Assembly (NCBI RefSeq): GCF_018977255.1
Contig: NW_024704742.1
Coordinates: forward strand, 23,500,001 to 23,564,000
DNA: 64,000 bases
Direction of reading: 5' to 3'
Source: Callorhinchus milii
Lineage: Eukaryota
Part shown: positions 50,501 through 63,400 of the stretch, piece by piece
Layout: each line of letters begins with the position of its first letter
How positions within the stretch are numbered: the first letter of the stretch is position 1
Made by a program: the position numbers and the translations under genes
The notes under the pieces: generated by a model
Database searches by the model: none
Seen by the model: only the letters and a program-made list of their open reading frames with translations
What the model was told of the DNA's origin: nothing

Positions 50501-51449
50501 GATCTAGATGAGGACATTGAACTTAATATATTCAAATTCATGGATGACACTAAACTAGGAGGGAGAGTAAACACCGAGGATGACATTAAAAAAATGCAAC
50601 GAGATATAGATAGGCTAGGTGAGTGGGCAAATAGGTGGCAGATGAAGTATAATGTAGGGAAGTGTGAAGTTATCGACCTAGGCGGCAAAAACAGTAGAGC
50701 AGATTATTTTTTAGAAGGGGAGAGATTAGATAGTGTGTTAGTGTTCAGAGGGACTTGGGTGTCCTTGTTCACCAGTCACAAAAAGTTAGTTTGCAGGTAC
50801 AGCAAGCAATTAGGAAGGCTAACGGTATGTTGGCATTTGTTACAAAAGGGTTAGAATATAAGAGTAGGGAAGTATTGCTGCAACTGTATAGGGATCTGGT
50901 GAGCCCGCACCTAGAGTTTTGTGTGCAGTTTTGGTCTCCTTATTTAAGAAAGGATGTACTCACCTTGGAGGGAGAACAATGTTGGTACCTGGGATGAGGG
51001 GGATGAGTTATGAGGATAGGTTGAGCAATTTAGGCCTATATTCTCTAGAATATAGAAGAATGAGAGGTGATCTTATAGAAACCTATAAGATTATAAAGGG
51101 GCACGACAGAATAGATAGTGGGAGACTTTTTCCACTGGTTGGAGAAACTATAACCAGGGGTCACAGTCTTAAAATTAGGGGTAAGCCCTTTCGCACTGAG
51201 TTGAGGAAAAACTTCTTCACTCAGAGAGCAGTGAATTTAGGGAATTCTCTACTCCAAAGGGCTGTAGATGCTCAGTCCTGAACATATTCAAGACTGAGAT
51301 TGATAGATATCTTGTGGATAAAGGGATTAAGGGATATGGGGATAAGGCGGGTAGGTGGAGTTAGAATAGATCAGCCATGATCTTACTGAATGGCCGGGCA
51401 GGCTTGAGGGGCCGAATGGCCTACTTCTGCTCTTAATTCTTATGTTCTT
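47600..51449 (+). mobile_element. Near full-length decayed CR1 LINE (ORF1 SGNH/esterase-like; ORF2 APE endonuclease + RT; 3' UTR)
   Basis: ORF1 remnants VVVIGD..., VVLHIGTNDI, KDGLHLNRAG. ORF2 remnants LYLNAQSIRNK, LGQSDHNMI, KSSGPDGLHPRVLKE, QHGFTKGKS, VYLDFQKAFDKVPH, KFMDDTKL, RGHSLKI...FFTQR. 3' end gaatggcctacttctgctcttaattcttatgttctt. Many stops and frameshifts. Confidence 0.95.
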
Positions 51450-52879
51450 GCTTGATATGCGGCATCATTACGCGGCAGCAAAAAATAATGATTTGACAGT
51501 GGAAAGAAGTTAGCTGTGGATGACTGAAGACGAGTCACTAATTTTTCCATTATGGCCTCCCTATGACAGCAAAAGTCTGATCACCAGCAAAGCTGTAGCA
51601 TGAATGCAGTATAAGATCCTACGGCAACCCATTCAATTTTCCTGAGGTCAAGTGTCAGCCCAGGAAAAATAGAACCCAGGAGGTGAATGTAAAAGAAATT
51701 TTACGGACATAATCAAAAAATATTTAAAGCAGAATTCTGGAGCAGAATTACAAATCATTACAAATTAAAAGCAGTACTGCATTAGCAAAGTAATTGAATC
51801 ATACAAATGCAGATTGCAGGTTGAGCAATCCAACAAAATGCTTTTAACATTGGCAGCAATCAGTGTGTTAAAGATTAGTTAAATTCTTTAAAAGGTAAGA
51901 TGGGAACAGATATTGTGGAAGATCAGAAAAGCACTGGTTTATATATAGATTTTTCACAAATGTAAACAAATTCCAGGTTCCAGGAGTCAAACCAGTACCA
52001 AGCAAAGCATGCCCCATGAAGAAAATGAAGAGGTAAATATCTGCAAAGAAAATAGGACATGCCCTAAAACCCTCAAGGAAATTAGAGAAAATAGGTGAAG
52101 CTCCAATTAATAATTTTAGTAACTCTATAAATACTGGAGCAGCATCCAAGGACTAGATAATGGAATAATACACTCCTCTTGATACAAACATCAGTGATCC
52201 AGACAAACCAGCAATCCAACCCCATGTCATTTTATGTTGTACTCTTTGCTACAATACTTCCCGCTTTGCTACAAAATAGTCCTGATCCCTGACAGTTCAG
52301 CTCCTTGGGAATGTCCTCCCGACGTGAAAGCCATTTTACATATGTAATTTTGTTGTTGCTTATCCCTAATCCATCCAAACCACAGGTGATACATATTTGG
52401 AAATAGATATATGATGAAGAACCTCATACAGACCATCTGCTTGGGAGTAGTATTGGAGGTTATAGACAGTTGCAGGCTGAGGTGAACAGATTCTCCATGG
52501 GCCCAGTCCTTTGTGAATGGGGTGCTATCTGTTAAGGCCAGAGTTCAATTATTGGAAATGTGTGGATGGATTAGTTTAGTGAGTTTTTGATTGATTACCT
52601 TTGAAGATCAGGGAGTATCTATGAAGAACTCCAACCTCCAGTTGGAGCAAGAAGGATAGTCCAAACTACAATAAAATTTGAGGTTGTCTATGGAAGGAGC
52701 ACATTCGATGACCTCAATAATTTCTCTTGTTCCACATTACATGAAATAGACTACCAAGAAGGCAGTGAAGGCTTATTGTGTCAACAGTTTCAAGAGGGAA
52801 TAAGACTGCAAATCGGCAAAGAATTCAATTGATGGGTGTGAAAGCTAGTGTAGGTTTATTTGATACTCGTGCTGAATTC

Positions 52880-53598
52880 AGATGCTGACAGCATCACCAT
52901 CCATGGATGCACACTCCACCTTACTAAGCCAGTCCAGAACCATGGCATCTCGTTTAACCCTCAACTATTCTTTCTATCCCACATCCGTGCCATGACACAC
53001 TCTGCTTTCCAAGACCTCCGCAACATCTCTCGGCTCCTCCACTGTCTCACACCACAGGCCTCATACACACATCCAGGCTTGACTATGCAAACTCCTGCTT
53101 GTCGGCCTCCCCAACTCCTCCCTCTATAGGCTGAAGATCATCCGGAACTCTGCAGCCCGTGTCCTCTCCCACACCAGGCTCCATGACCCTATCATCCCCA
53201 TCCTCGCCCAACTCCACTGGCTTCCCATCACACAGAGGATACAGTTCAAGATTCTGGTCCTCACCTTCAAAGCCCTCCATGGCCTTGCTTCCCCTACCTC
53301 TGTGACCTCCTAACCCCCTACCAACCTACCATTAGTGGGCGGGCCTTCAGCTACTCTGCCCCCAACCTCTGGAACTCCACCCCGCAGTCCCTTCCCCTCG
53401 CCCCCTCCCTCACCTCCTTGAAGACCCATCTCAAGACCCTCCTCTTCGACCATGCTTTCGATCACCCTCCTTACCCCTGCCCTCCACCCTCCCCAATCCT
53501 GTCTCCCAGCTCGGGTCTGAAACACTGATTGTCCAGTACCTTGGGACGTCCTCCCGACGTGAAAGGCACTATACAAATGTAATTTTGTTGTTGTTGTT
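52880..53598 (+). mobile_element. 5'-truncated L2 with (GTT)n tail
   Basis: SITIHGCTLHLTKPVQNHGISFNPQL...ctccactggcttcccatc...gacgtgaaaggcactatacaaatgtaattttgttgttgttgttg. Confidence 0.92.
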
Positions 53599-55297
53599 GA
53601 ATTATGTTATGGGATTCCAGGAGTACTTATGAGATGAGAAGAAAAGAGCTTTGATGTTTCCATTAGTTACATCAGCTCCAACAAAGTTCTGCATCAGACC
53701 AAAACTATGTAGGATCCTCTATAAACTATATTACACAAAAAACTCAAACTCTGAATATTTTCGTTGACCAAAAAGATGTACAATAATCAGAGCTTTTGTG
53801 GTGTGACAGATGAGCAACATATAGATGACTGGAGATAAGAACAACGACCATTCCATTCACCTCATATATATCAAATTAGGTGTGAATTGACCACCTGAAG
53901 GTGAAGGAAAGGAGTGAATTGACCACCCAAATAGGTGGGAGTACAGAAGTGGATAATTAATGGATATTTCCTAGCTGTTCAGTTGAGAATACAGGATACT
54001 CATACTCAATCACCTCATGGTCTGGTACCCACACAAGCCACTTGAAATCTAAATTTCATATTTTCAGATCCAAATTTTAAAACTAAATCAGAAATAACTC
54101 TGGAAAGCAGCAAAAATATAATATCCCCATTTAAACAAATGGATATTAATGTCCATGTTGACAGTTTTTTTCCACTTAAGTCCAATATTTGCAAGTTTAT
54201 TTTAAAACCTTTTATCTGCAGAAAGCAACAATAAGAATAGTCCAATAAAATGAAGAAGGCATTCAATATAATCAGTTACTTTAACCACATTAACTTTCTG
54301 GAAGACCTTGAGGTGCCCCTAAGCACAGAACACCTCAAAAATTGATACCAGAGAAGTATTCGTTGGCTGGTAATTACTTACACTTCCACATCACTAATTG
54401 ATTTGTTAATGATTAACATCTAATCCAGATGGACCTTACCAACTCACTTACATGTGCATGGAATCCTTGTGTTATCTATGCTCATAAAACATTAATCAAG
54501 GGCCAAATTCAGAGCAACCATTCTGTTACAGAGGTCAAAGTAGGTCAGGACCATGTAATGAGAAATAACAACAGGCCACGTCTTTCCAATGTAACTCAAC
54601 ACCCTTTTTACTTCACTGGCTCCTGGGATGGAGCCCAGCAGCAAAACTCTCTAGATTTTCCTGAACAGTAGTTCTGCTGCTCTAGGTGTCATTTTATCAT
54701 AAATCTCCTGTAACTTTTAAGTTTAATCAATCTCTTTCCAAAGCATCTACGATCTATTTTCCTTCAAATATTTTTCTATATTCTGAACACAGAATCAAAT
54801 CTGCTACACTATTAGAAAAGATATTTTATATCTCAAACCTTAAAAGAACAAAGCATTACAATTATTGAATGCATATTTCACAATGAAGATCCACAAATTA
54901 TCCAACTGCAATAAAAAAAATCCAAGCAATTTAGGTAATGTAGGGTGACCAAAAAGTCATGATATCTGTTCTATTATCTAAAAAAAAGTATAATAATTTC
55001 TTTAAAACTTATTAGACATTCTAATGGCATCATGATTTTTTTGGTTACTCTGTATATTTAGTGCACATCTAATATTGTCAACATAATCATTAATTCATAT
55101 TCAGGATATTAGTAACAATGACACGGACTTGACAAATCCATTGGACATTCTTCCCAAGCTCCTATAGGTTGCAAAATAATTGATGAGCTCTAAAACTGAA
55201 ATCAAAGATCTTGAAATATGCAAATACATTTTTAAAAATATTTCTGGCAATTCTGGGTATCATCTTGGAGAAAAACAGAAAAATAAAACATTATTAC

Positions 55298-55362
55298 CTT
55301 CCTTCATTCACCAGTTCAATAAACGCAAGACCAGCATTCTTCTGGATCGAGTTCTGCCACTC
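55298..55362 (-). CDS. LRBA: LRBA internal coding exon (65 nt, phase 0 to phase 2): [21 protein letters not shown](R)
   Basis: Minus strand reads ttttgctttcag|GAGTGGCAGAACTCG...GAATGAAGGAAG|gtaata. The peptide matches the conserved LRBA/NBEA DUF1088 region. The split AG joins the first G of the next exon to form Arg. Confidence 0.95.
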
Positions 55363-56688
55363 CTGAAAGCAAAATGGATTTTTTTTAAAAATAGAATAAA
55401 TAAGTCAGTTCACATGTGAAAAGTAAGGAAGCTACTATGTCATACAAGTGGCTTTGAAGCCTTAACCATCAATGCTGCCATCAATACCACTGACACTTGG
55501 TATAAAACCTTTACATGATAATTAGTGAAGATGGAAATTGCCGAAAGAGAGAAGAAAACCCATTTATCATGATATATATCAGCATTACCCACTTCACACA
55601 CAATTATTATGGAACACCCTAGTCTAAACAACTTCCAAATAAGCCACAGCTGAATCAAAGCTTAAGTGAGTTTTAATAGTCCTGGAAACAGCTTAATGGT
55701 CAACATCTTTCATGACCAATTTAATATTTCAACACTGTATGTACATGCATTACAAGAACAATAAAACAATCTGATGTGCAGAGTGTATAAAGGTCCGGGG
55801 TATCCATGTCCCAGTGGTATTGAGAAAAACATGCTAAAAGCCTCAGAGCTGACCACTAATGCTGCTAAAGTGCCGGAAATCATATTTTAGCACTTCAAAG
55901 GAGATGGGCTGTAAGATGCAGTTAACATAGTCAATAAATTCATACCTATTACTAAACTATAAATTGATCTTATTCAGAGAAGTTTTGACTCATTTATATC
56001 ATAGTCTATCCATCTTACAGCAACAAATCACTAAGTACAGAAGTTTCTGCACTTAGAATAGGATGCAACTGTATATTTGCAGTAAGTGCAGGAAGAATAA
56101 GATTTCCTCCTCTACAAATCTCACATTGGGGAAAAAAAAGAAATCACCCTCCCCAACATTATTCGCTTTACGTAGAAAGAGCTTGATAATTCAAATGAAT
56201 GCTTCAAAGGTAAATGCTCTCGGTCAATGTCAAAGCAGCACAAAGAAAACAAATATCGTTTCAGATTTTGTAAAATTACTAAATGTTCTTGTGCATCATA
56301 AATCTTAGGTATATTCTTCTGAAGGAGATCAACTGTCAACGTTATAGTTTGAAGAATTTGTGCTCAAATCAGGATTACTTTATCAAACTAAAGCAATGAA
56401 AGATTCAATCACCAGAAGTTTTTTCAAGCCAAACATTATTAAGTTATAGAAGGATCAGCCATAAAGTGTATCTTAAATCAATGCACAGCTGAGTGTAGAC
56501 ATGACAAAACTATCCGCCAGATAAGCGCACGCAAGAATTGTTGGTTAGGTATTTTGCACTGTGTCACATGATTCAGAAGAGCTTCCAAAGCACCAAATGG
56601 TATTGAACGTCTGTTAAAACACTACTTTTGATTTACTACTATGAATTAAAAAAGCAATAGATTGGGTCAGATACAAATCAATAAAGAC

Positions 56689-56724
56689 AAATTTAATGAT
56701 ATATCATAATATATCATTAAATTT
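56689..56724. repeat. Perfect 16-bp inverted repeat with a 4-nt loop
   Basis: aaatttaatgatatat-cata-atatatcattaaattt. Confidence 0.95.
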
Positions 56725-57659
56725 AATTTTATCATAAATCATATAAACCTATAGTTTTTGAATAAAGAAAGTACTCAGTGCATCATTCCCATGTGGAATA
56801 CTTCTACATTTCAGAACCTCATGCCAAATAAGTTTGGATAATGTGTTTAAAACCTATTTTGGGGGCAGTTAGTGTCAGTATTCAGCTCTCCTTAAACTGT
56901 CACCAATGTCACTGCTAGAACATCCTCCACAGCAAAAACAAAAGAACATACTTCCACTGAATCACTTCCTGTTTAATAATCCTTCAATTTAGAGTTCACC
57001 AGTTGAAATATTAACAACAGATAACACTACAAAACCCCAACGTCATGTTTCCATTCTGAGGCTCCTGTTGCATAAGAGTATTTGCTCAACAAGTGGGTTC
57101 AATGATAATATACTTATTGCTAAGTCATTTAAGTTGATCCTTCACCTCTTTTAAGGTCTGCCTCAAGATCGTCCTCTTTGACCCTGCCTTCAGTTCCCCC
57201 CCCCGCCCACCCTGCACCCGCCCCCCACTGCTGTAGACCCACACACCCCATCCTTGGCTTCTGCTCCCAGCTCACAAAGACTGTCCAGGGCCTTGGGACA
57301 TCCTCCTCCAGCAGGATTTAAACAAAAAAATTGTTGTTGGCTTTGAGGAACATAAATATTTTGTAAACAGTTATATTAAAATGAGAAGAAAAGTACTGGA
57401 CTCTTAAATTCAGAGAGTTTAAAGGTATTGCACACACATCAACAAGTACAAATAATACCTCAGATCAATCTATTTTACTGAATCAATAGCTGATTCTAGA
57501 GCCATAAAGTGTGAATGATAATTTTCTTATGATATTCAGCTTCAGATGAACATATGTGGAACTACGTAACCATCCAATGGACTGGTTGGTGTGATTAAAT
57601 AGCTTAAGATACAACAAGCATCAACATAAATATTTCTAGAACCTTATCATTCTTTTCGT

Positions 57660-57783
57660 GTTTCGCCCACAAATATACAGTCAATTTACTTTACAGTATA
57701 TTTTGTGAAGTGCATTGAGATGTCTAGAAGTCGTAAAAAGCACTATATCAAATGCAAGGATTATTATCATCATCATCATCATT
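57660..57783 (+). mobile_element. SINE 3' tail fragment
   Basis: cgcccacaaatatacagtcaatttactttacag...atcaaatgcaaggattattatcatcatc. Confidence 0.85.
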
Positions 57784-57864
57784 AAAGGATCATAAATGTT
57801 TTGAACCTCAAAATATGCAGTGCAAGAATTTGTAACAGTAAATGCTCACATTCCCAATTAGAAA

Positions 57865-58420
57865 AGATTACATTTATATAGAGTCCTACACATGGGATAG
57901 CATCTCGGAACACTTGACAGTGGTGGAGCTTGATGCTAAGCCAGGGAGCAGGGGGAGGGAGTGGGTGACCAAGGCACAGTCGAAGAGGAAGGTCTTCAGT
58001 TATGATCGGAAGTCAGGCAAGGAGAGGGCAAGGCAAAGAGTTTGAGGCAGAGTTTCAAGACATATTTTGTGGGATATTCAGGAGGCCGGAGCCAGCTGAT
58101 TGAAGGGGAACGAATGAGGAGTGCGGTGTGTGCAGGTTCGAGAGAAAGGGAGCTGCCAGGGAATGAAGCTACGAACACGAGTGGAAGGATCTTAAAATCA
58201 ATCCATTCTGCAACACGTAGCCGGTGGAATCAGGCAAGGACTGAGGTGATGGCGGTGCAGACTTTGGTGTGGGTGAGGATTCTGGTGGCAGTATTTTAAT
58301 CTAATTGGATTTTTATGAATGGTGGAACTTTCAAGACCGGCATGGAGGGCCTTGGAAAAAAAGTCAAGGCAGGAGGTGAAAAATACACGGATAAGGGTTT
58401 CAGTTGTGTTGGGTGCGAGG
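57865..58420 (-). mobile_element. Diverged L2 3' fragment
   Basis: ttacatttatatagag tail; ggcacagtcgaagaggaaggtctt; agtcaaggcaggaggtgaaaaatacacggataagggtttc. Confidence 0.7.
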
Positions 58421-59647
58421 TATATTACATAATTACATTCTTCAACTAACTTCTTAGCCCGTATAATGGGTGGAATCCATTTTAGTAGTAAGTGAGAATA
58501 CTTAACATTTGTTCTTCAAGTGAACGATAAAATAAGCAGGTTGTTAGTCAACATGTGGAGCACAAATAGAGCAATACAGAGAATTAGAACAAAACACTGG
58601 TGTTTTTGAAGATAATTTAGAGTACTTACTGAAAATTGTGTACTTACTGAAAAACCAGCCTATGAATTCAGGCAATTGGCTTTCCAAGTGAAAGTGTGCA
58701 GAAATAATCAAATGGTGTCCCTAGATATCAAATCATATCATCATTGCAAATACCACTACTGCCACTCTAAGAAATGTGCCATTAAAAAAAGTCTTAAAAA
58801 AANCTTTGTAATTAGAGTGTACAATTATACAGGAGTTCAGTAATGCACTGCTGGAAATTAATTTTCCTCTCAATAAAGTAGAAGAATGTCTTTTGAAGTT
58901 TACCTGAAAAGGAATGGCTATTATTAAAGGCCAACGACTAAATCAACTTCATTGGTAGAAAGTTGGATTACTTAAATTTCATGAATAAAATACCTTTGAG
59001 TGCAATATGTAAAACACCTATATTCCACCATGACTGAGGTTTTCAAATAAATCTCACTCAGGGAGAGGAGGATGTTCCGTACAACAGAGTCTGTCTCAGG
59101 ATACAAGTGAAGAACAGATGAGCCTATCGGATGTCAGCAATATAATCGACCACAAGGATACTTCACTTCATGCTTGTTTGTGGGACTTTGCTGTGCACAA
59201 AACACACAGTCACTGCACTTTATCCTGTGTATATCCTGTGAAGCGCTTTGGGATATCTTCCCAAGATGAAAGGTGCCATAACAAATGTAATCATTATTAT
59301 TTATTACTATACTGCATTAGGTATTTTGAGCAGAATATTTGTTTAGATATTTTCTGCCTTCCTTGCATGCCCTTCCTCTTCCTATGCCAAACAGCATTCA
59401 ATGGCAAAAGGGTAAAAGCTCAATACTGTTTTCAGCAACTGGGAAGTACATGAGAATTTATTTAAAAAGCAGCTTGATCCAATGATGGGGTTCGTTAGAA
59501 TGGGTGTTCAGTTGGGATGAAATCGGAGATGGGCCAAAGGATCTTCATCCAAACCCATCTTAATGAATGGAAACTGTTCAAGATCAAATATTGGACAATT
59601 TCTCTCTTGCTCTGAGGAATTATCCTGAGCCTTCCCATATAAAGCTA

Positions 59648-59825
59648 TAATAATAATCCTTAGATTTGGTATAGCACCTTTCACATAAGGAGGACATCCC
59701 AAAGCGCTTCACAGGATGTACTGTAATACAGGATATAGTAACTGTTTTATGGGTGAACACAACAACCAATTTTGCACCCTGCAATGTCCCGCAAACAGCC
59801 ATGAAGCGAATGACCAATTTTATTC
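59648..59825 (-). mobile_element. SINE 3' half
   Basis: taataataatcctt...ccaattttgcaccctgcaatgtcccgcaaacagcc. Confidence 0.75.
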
Positions 59826-59844
59826 TTTATTTTTATTTATAGGC

Positions 59845-60785
59845 ACTGGCCTGCTCCATGACCTATTCTCTGCCCGTTCCACCATCGATGGTCAAGCCTT
59901 CAGCCTGTTTGCCCACACCCTTTGGAACTCCATTCTAGAGCCCCCCACCCCACCTCGTCCACTCCCTTGCCTCCTTCAAGGCCTGTCTCAAGATCTTCCT
60001 CGTCAACTGTGCCTTTGGTCATCTTCCCTGCCCAGCCATCTTGCCCTTCACCCTTCTTCCTTCCGACCCCCAGCTCGGGGGTCAAACACTTCACTGTCCA
60101 GTGCCTTGGGATGTCCTCCTGACATGAAAGGTGCTATGCAAGTCCAATTTGTTGTTTGTGATTGTTGGTTTACACTCATTCGTGTTTCCATACATGCATT
60201 CATCACCTCAAAGCTCAACTACAGAAACTCCCTCGTCAGCCTCCCCAAGCCTTTCCCTCTACAAGCTGCAGATCATCCAGAACTCTGCAGCTCGTATCCT
60301 CTCCCGGACCAAGCTCCGTTACCCCATCACCTCCACCCTTGCCCAGCACCGTTGGCTCCCCATCCCTCAGAGGATAGAATTCAAAATCCTCGTCCTCACT
60401 TTCAAGGCCCTCCATGGCCTTGCCTCCTCCTACATCTCTGACCTGCTGATCCCCTATCAACCGGTCCGCTCCGCAGGCTCTGGCCTGCTCCAGGTCTCCT
60501 GCCCGACCTGCCCTACCATCAGAAACCGGGCTTTTAGCCTGTCTGTCCCACTCTTTGGAACTCCATCCCACAATCCCTTCACCTTGCTCCCTCTCTTGCC
60601 TCCTTCAAGACATGTCTCAAGACCCTCCTTTCTGACCGTGCCTTCAGCCGCCCTCCTACCTCCTCTACCCTCCCTCATCCTAAGCCTGCCCCCCCATGCT
60701 CAGGTCCTGATCCCTGACTGTTCAGCGCCTTGGGACATCCTCCCAACGTGAAAGGTATTTTACAAATGTAATTCTTATTATATAT
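59845..60785 (+). mobile_element. Two tandem L2 3' fragments (59845-60158 and 60188-60785)
   Basis: [56 protein letters not shown]; two L2 tails. Confidence 0.9.
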
Positions 60786-61350
60786 TTATTAAAAATGATT
60801 AGCTGGACAAAATTCAGACCTTAATGTACAACACAAATGCAAACCTCCCATGACATTGTGTGCAATGCGCACAACTTATCATGAAGCCTTTATGTGCAAC
60901 TGAGGATTCTTCAGTACAAATTCAAGATTTATATAAATTCATTTTCCTACTGGAACTTTGTATACTGTGTTTTAAATTAATATAATGGTTTGTATCTTCA
61001 GTTTCACTGAATTATCAATCCTTCAACCCAAAAGTCCGACCTGGTGGTTTAATAAATCCCAAGTGGAGGATAAAGTTTTATTGTTAGATTCAAGCAACTT
61101 TAAGAATCTAATACTGTCATGGCTAACTCTTGACTAGTTTATAGGAAGCCATAAAAGTTGATCTTAGAGAGAACATTTCCCATACCACTTATGAGAACTG
61201 GGATACGAATCTCCATATTAAAGAAATAAATTAACAGTTGGACATCTAGGAGACAAATAAACGACATATAATTTTTACCTTAACAGTCTCCACTGCACCT
61301 AATGTTGCAAACCGCAATAATGGAAGGTAAATGTGGCAAACCACTATCTG

Positions 61351-62507
61351 TCAGCCTGGATCAGGCGGTAGCACTCACGTCTCGAGTCAGAAGGTTGTGG
61401 GTTCAAGCCCCACATCAGTGCTTCGAATTGATTTATTAATACTTCACCATTGACGGTTGGACAGTGCTTCGAATTGATTTATTAATACTTCACCATTGAC
61501 GGTTGGACATTCAGCATCTCTCCTCCCACACTCTGGAACTCTATCCCGCAATCCCTCTGCCTCACCCCCTCACTTGCCTCCTTCAAATCCCATCTAAAAA
61601 TCTTCCTCTTCAACCGTGGCTTCGGCAACCCTCCCCCCTGCTCCCCCCCACTCTCCTGACCCCAACTCCCAGGTCAGTTCAAAAACCCCCGACCGTCCAG
61701 CCCCTGGGATGTCTTTCCTCTGTGAAGGGCACTATACAAGTGTAATTTGTTGTTGTTGTTGAAGAGCCAATTCATAGTCTCGATTGACATTCCAATACAG
61801 TACTGGGGGAACACTACATTGGAGATGCCATCTTTTAAATGAGATATTCAACCAAGGTCCTGCCTGCCTGTTCAAGTGGACTTTAAACATCACTATTAAT
61901 GATTAAGGCACGGTTCAAAAAGAGAACAGAGTTTCTCCTAGTGTTCTTGCCAGCATTCCCTCCAGATAAAAATGGTCATTCACATCATGGCTGTGGAGTC
62001 CTGTAACTCAGCGGTGAGAGGTTGCAAGCGAGAGGACCTGGGTTTGATTCCCGGGCAGGGCAAAATGTTGGTTTCCTCCATGTTCGTCTGTTTTACCGAG
62101 CAGTAAGTAGGAACCCAGTTGTTAGTCAATTAGTGAATCACTTTTTCGGGGGTAATAATCCCTTTCAAAACAAAATAATTTGGTTACTTCAATCTACAAC
62201 TGTTTGTGGGACACTGCTGTTCGCAATTAACTGCTGTGTTTCACCCACAAAATATACAGTCAATTCACTTTACAACTTTACAGTATATTTTGTGAAGCAC
62301 TTTGAGATGTCTCAAAGACGTGATAAGGGGCTGCTTGTCGGACACTGCCGCATACAAATTGACTGCCATATTCGCCTATAAAATACACAGTTACGACACT
62401 TCACTGTGCATCCTGTGAAGCACTTTCAGACTTTGTGGAATGCTTTCAGACTTTCTTCCCAATATGAAAGATGCCACATCAAATGCCAGGGTTATTATTA
62501 CTTATTA
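61351..62507 (+). mobile_element. Deu-SINE interrupted by an L2 3' end (about 61445-61761) and by a tRNA/Meta-like SINE (61993-62328)
   Basis: Deu head at 61351-61415; L2 ends ttgttgttgttgttg at 61761; Deu body resumes; gtggagtcctgtaactcagcgg head at 61993; Deu 3' part resumes ggctgcttgtcggacactgc at about 62329. Confidence 0.85.
61416..61507. repeat. Perfect 46-bp tandem duplication
   Basis: cagtgcttcgaattgatttattaatacttcaccattgacggttgga occurs at 61416-61461 and 61462-61507. Confidence 0.95.
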
Positions 62508-63159
62508 TCTCTGAAGGTTGCAAAGACCATCTTAAAGAGGATAGTTTTGCTAGTCTTTCCAAATAAAAAACACCTTTTCTTTGGCCAGCCATGGGTAAGC
62601 TAAGGTGCTCAGTATGCTTATTCCAGCCAAATGTGTTTTTGCTCCTTTAGTCTGTAGACTAAAGTTCAGAACAAGTCCAGCCACTAGAAATGAAGTACTA
62701 CATATGACTTTCTGTTCTAGTTCATACGGAATTGCTTCTGTGTTGCTTGAATGCTGGTAATCTCACTTACAACCCAGAACAGGCCAAATTGGACTAGTTT
62801 TACAGGCAGCCTGGTCTGTTACATAATTGTTTCTGACATTACAGAACTGCTTTAGATAGCAAAAGCAAAACTTCAAAAATGAGCAATCTGCCTCAGAGTT
62901 ATTTGCTTTAAATCGTAGAACTGAGTTACCCAAAAAAATCCTACACCAATTGGTCACATCTGTTAACACAAGGATATTAACAGGTAATTTTTAGTTCAAA
63001 TGTATTTCTATATAAGTGGGTATTAAGCAATTTAGCTACCCATAGAAGTAAGGTCAATGAAGCTTTAATAAGAACAAAAGGTAACGTCTTGAAAGTTCAC
63101 ATTTAAGAAAACCCATTATAATTAAAAACACATCTGCTAATCCTCAGACCGTCCATTAA

Positions 63160-63400
63160 TTTGTTCAGATTATTTGCTCGATGTTATTTTAACACGAGTC
63201 ATCAGGCTACACAGTTTGGTGTCATCAGCAAATTTGATGTCACAAGAAGTGCACTCCTCCATATTATTTACGGATGTTGTAAACCGCAGGGGAACCCAGA
63301 ACAGACCCCGTTAAACTTGTAACTGCCCCTGGGCACAGACATATTCATTAATAATGATGAACTTCTGCTTTGTATTATTAGGTCAATTGGAAGATACCTC
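63160..63400 (-). mobile_element. Old CR1-type RT fragment
   Basis: Minus strand GGGTCTGTTCTGGG (GSVLG)...ATCAAATTTGCTGATGACACCAAACTG (IKFADDTKL). Confidence 0.65.

Noticed and set aside
23266..55362. Assignment to the paralogue NBEA
   Set aside because: Diagnostic residues (ELVNEG, ILSRQ, SLCAQYS, AAKYRDH, QLIQKII, LTDKH) follow LRBA. A phylogeny would confirm.
58803..58803. Single ambiguous base 'n' after a poly-A run
   Set aside because: Assembly ambiguity, not biology.
59515..59560. H-type pseudoknot or C/D snoRNA (GGATGAAATC/GATCTTCATCC plus AGATGGG/CCCATCT)
   Set aside because: The 3-nt loop is too short to span a 10-bp stem, the box C is imperfect, and the + strand is antisense to the host gene.
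62763..62969. Cryptic minus-strand exon ending at a GTAAGT donor near 62770
   Set aside because: No similarity to LRBA in the frame shown and a weak acceptor; such donors are common by chance.
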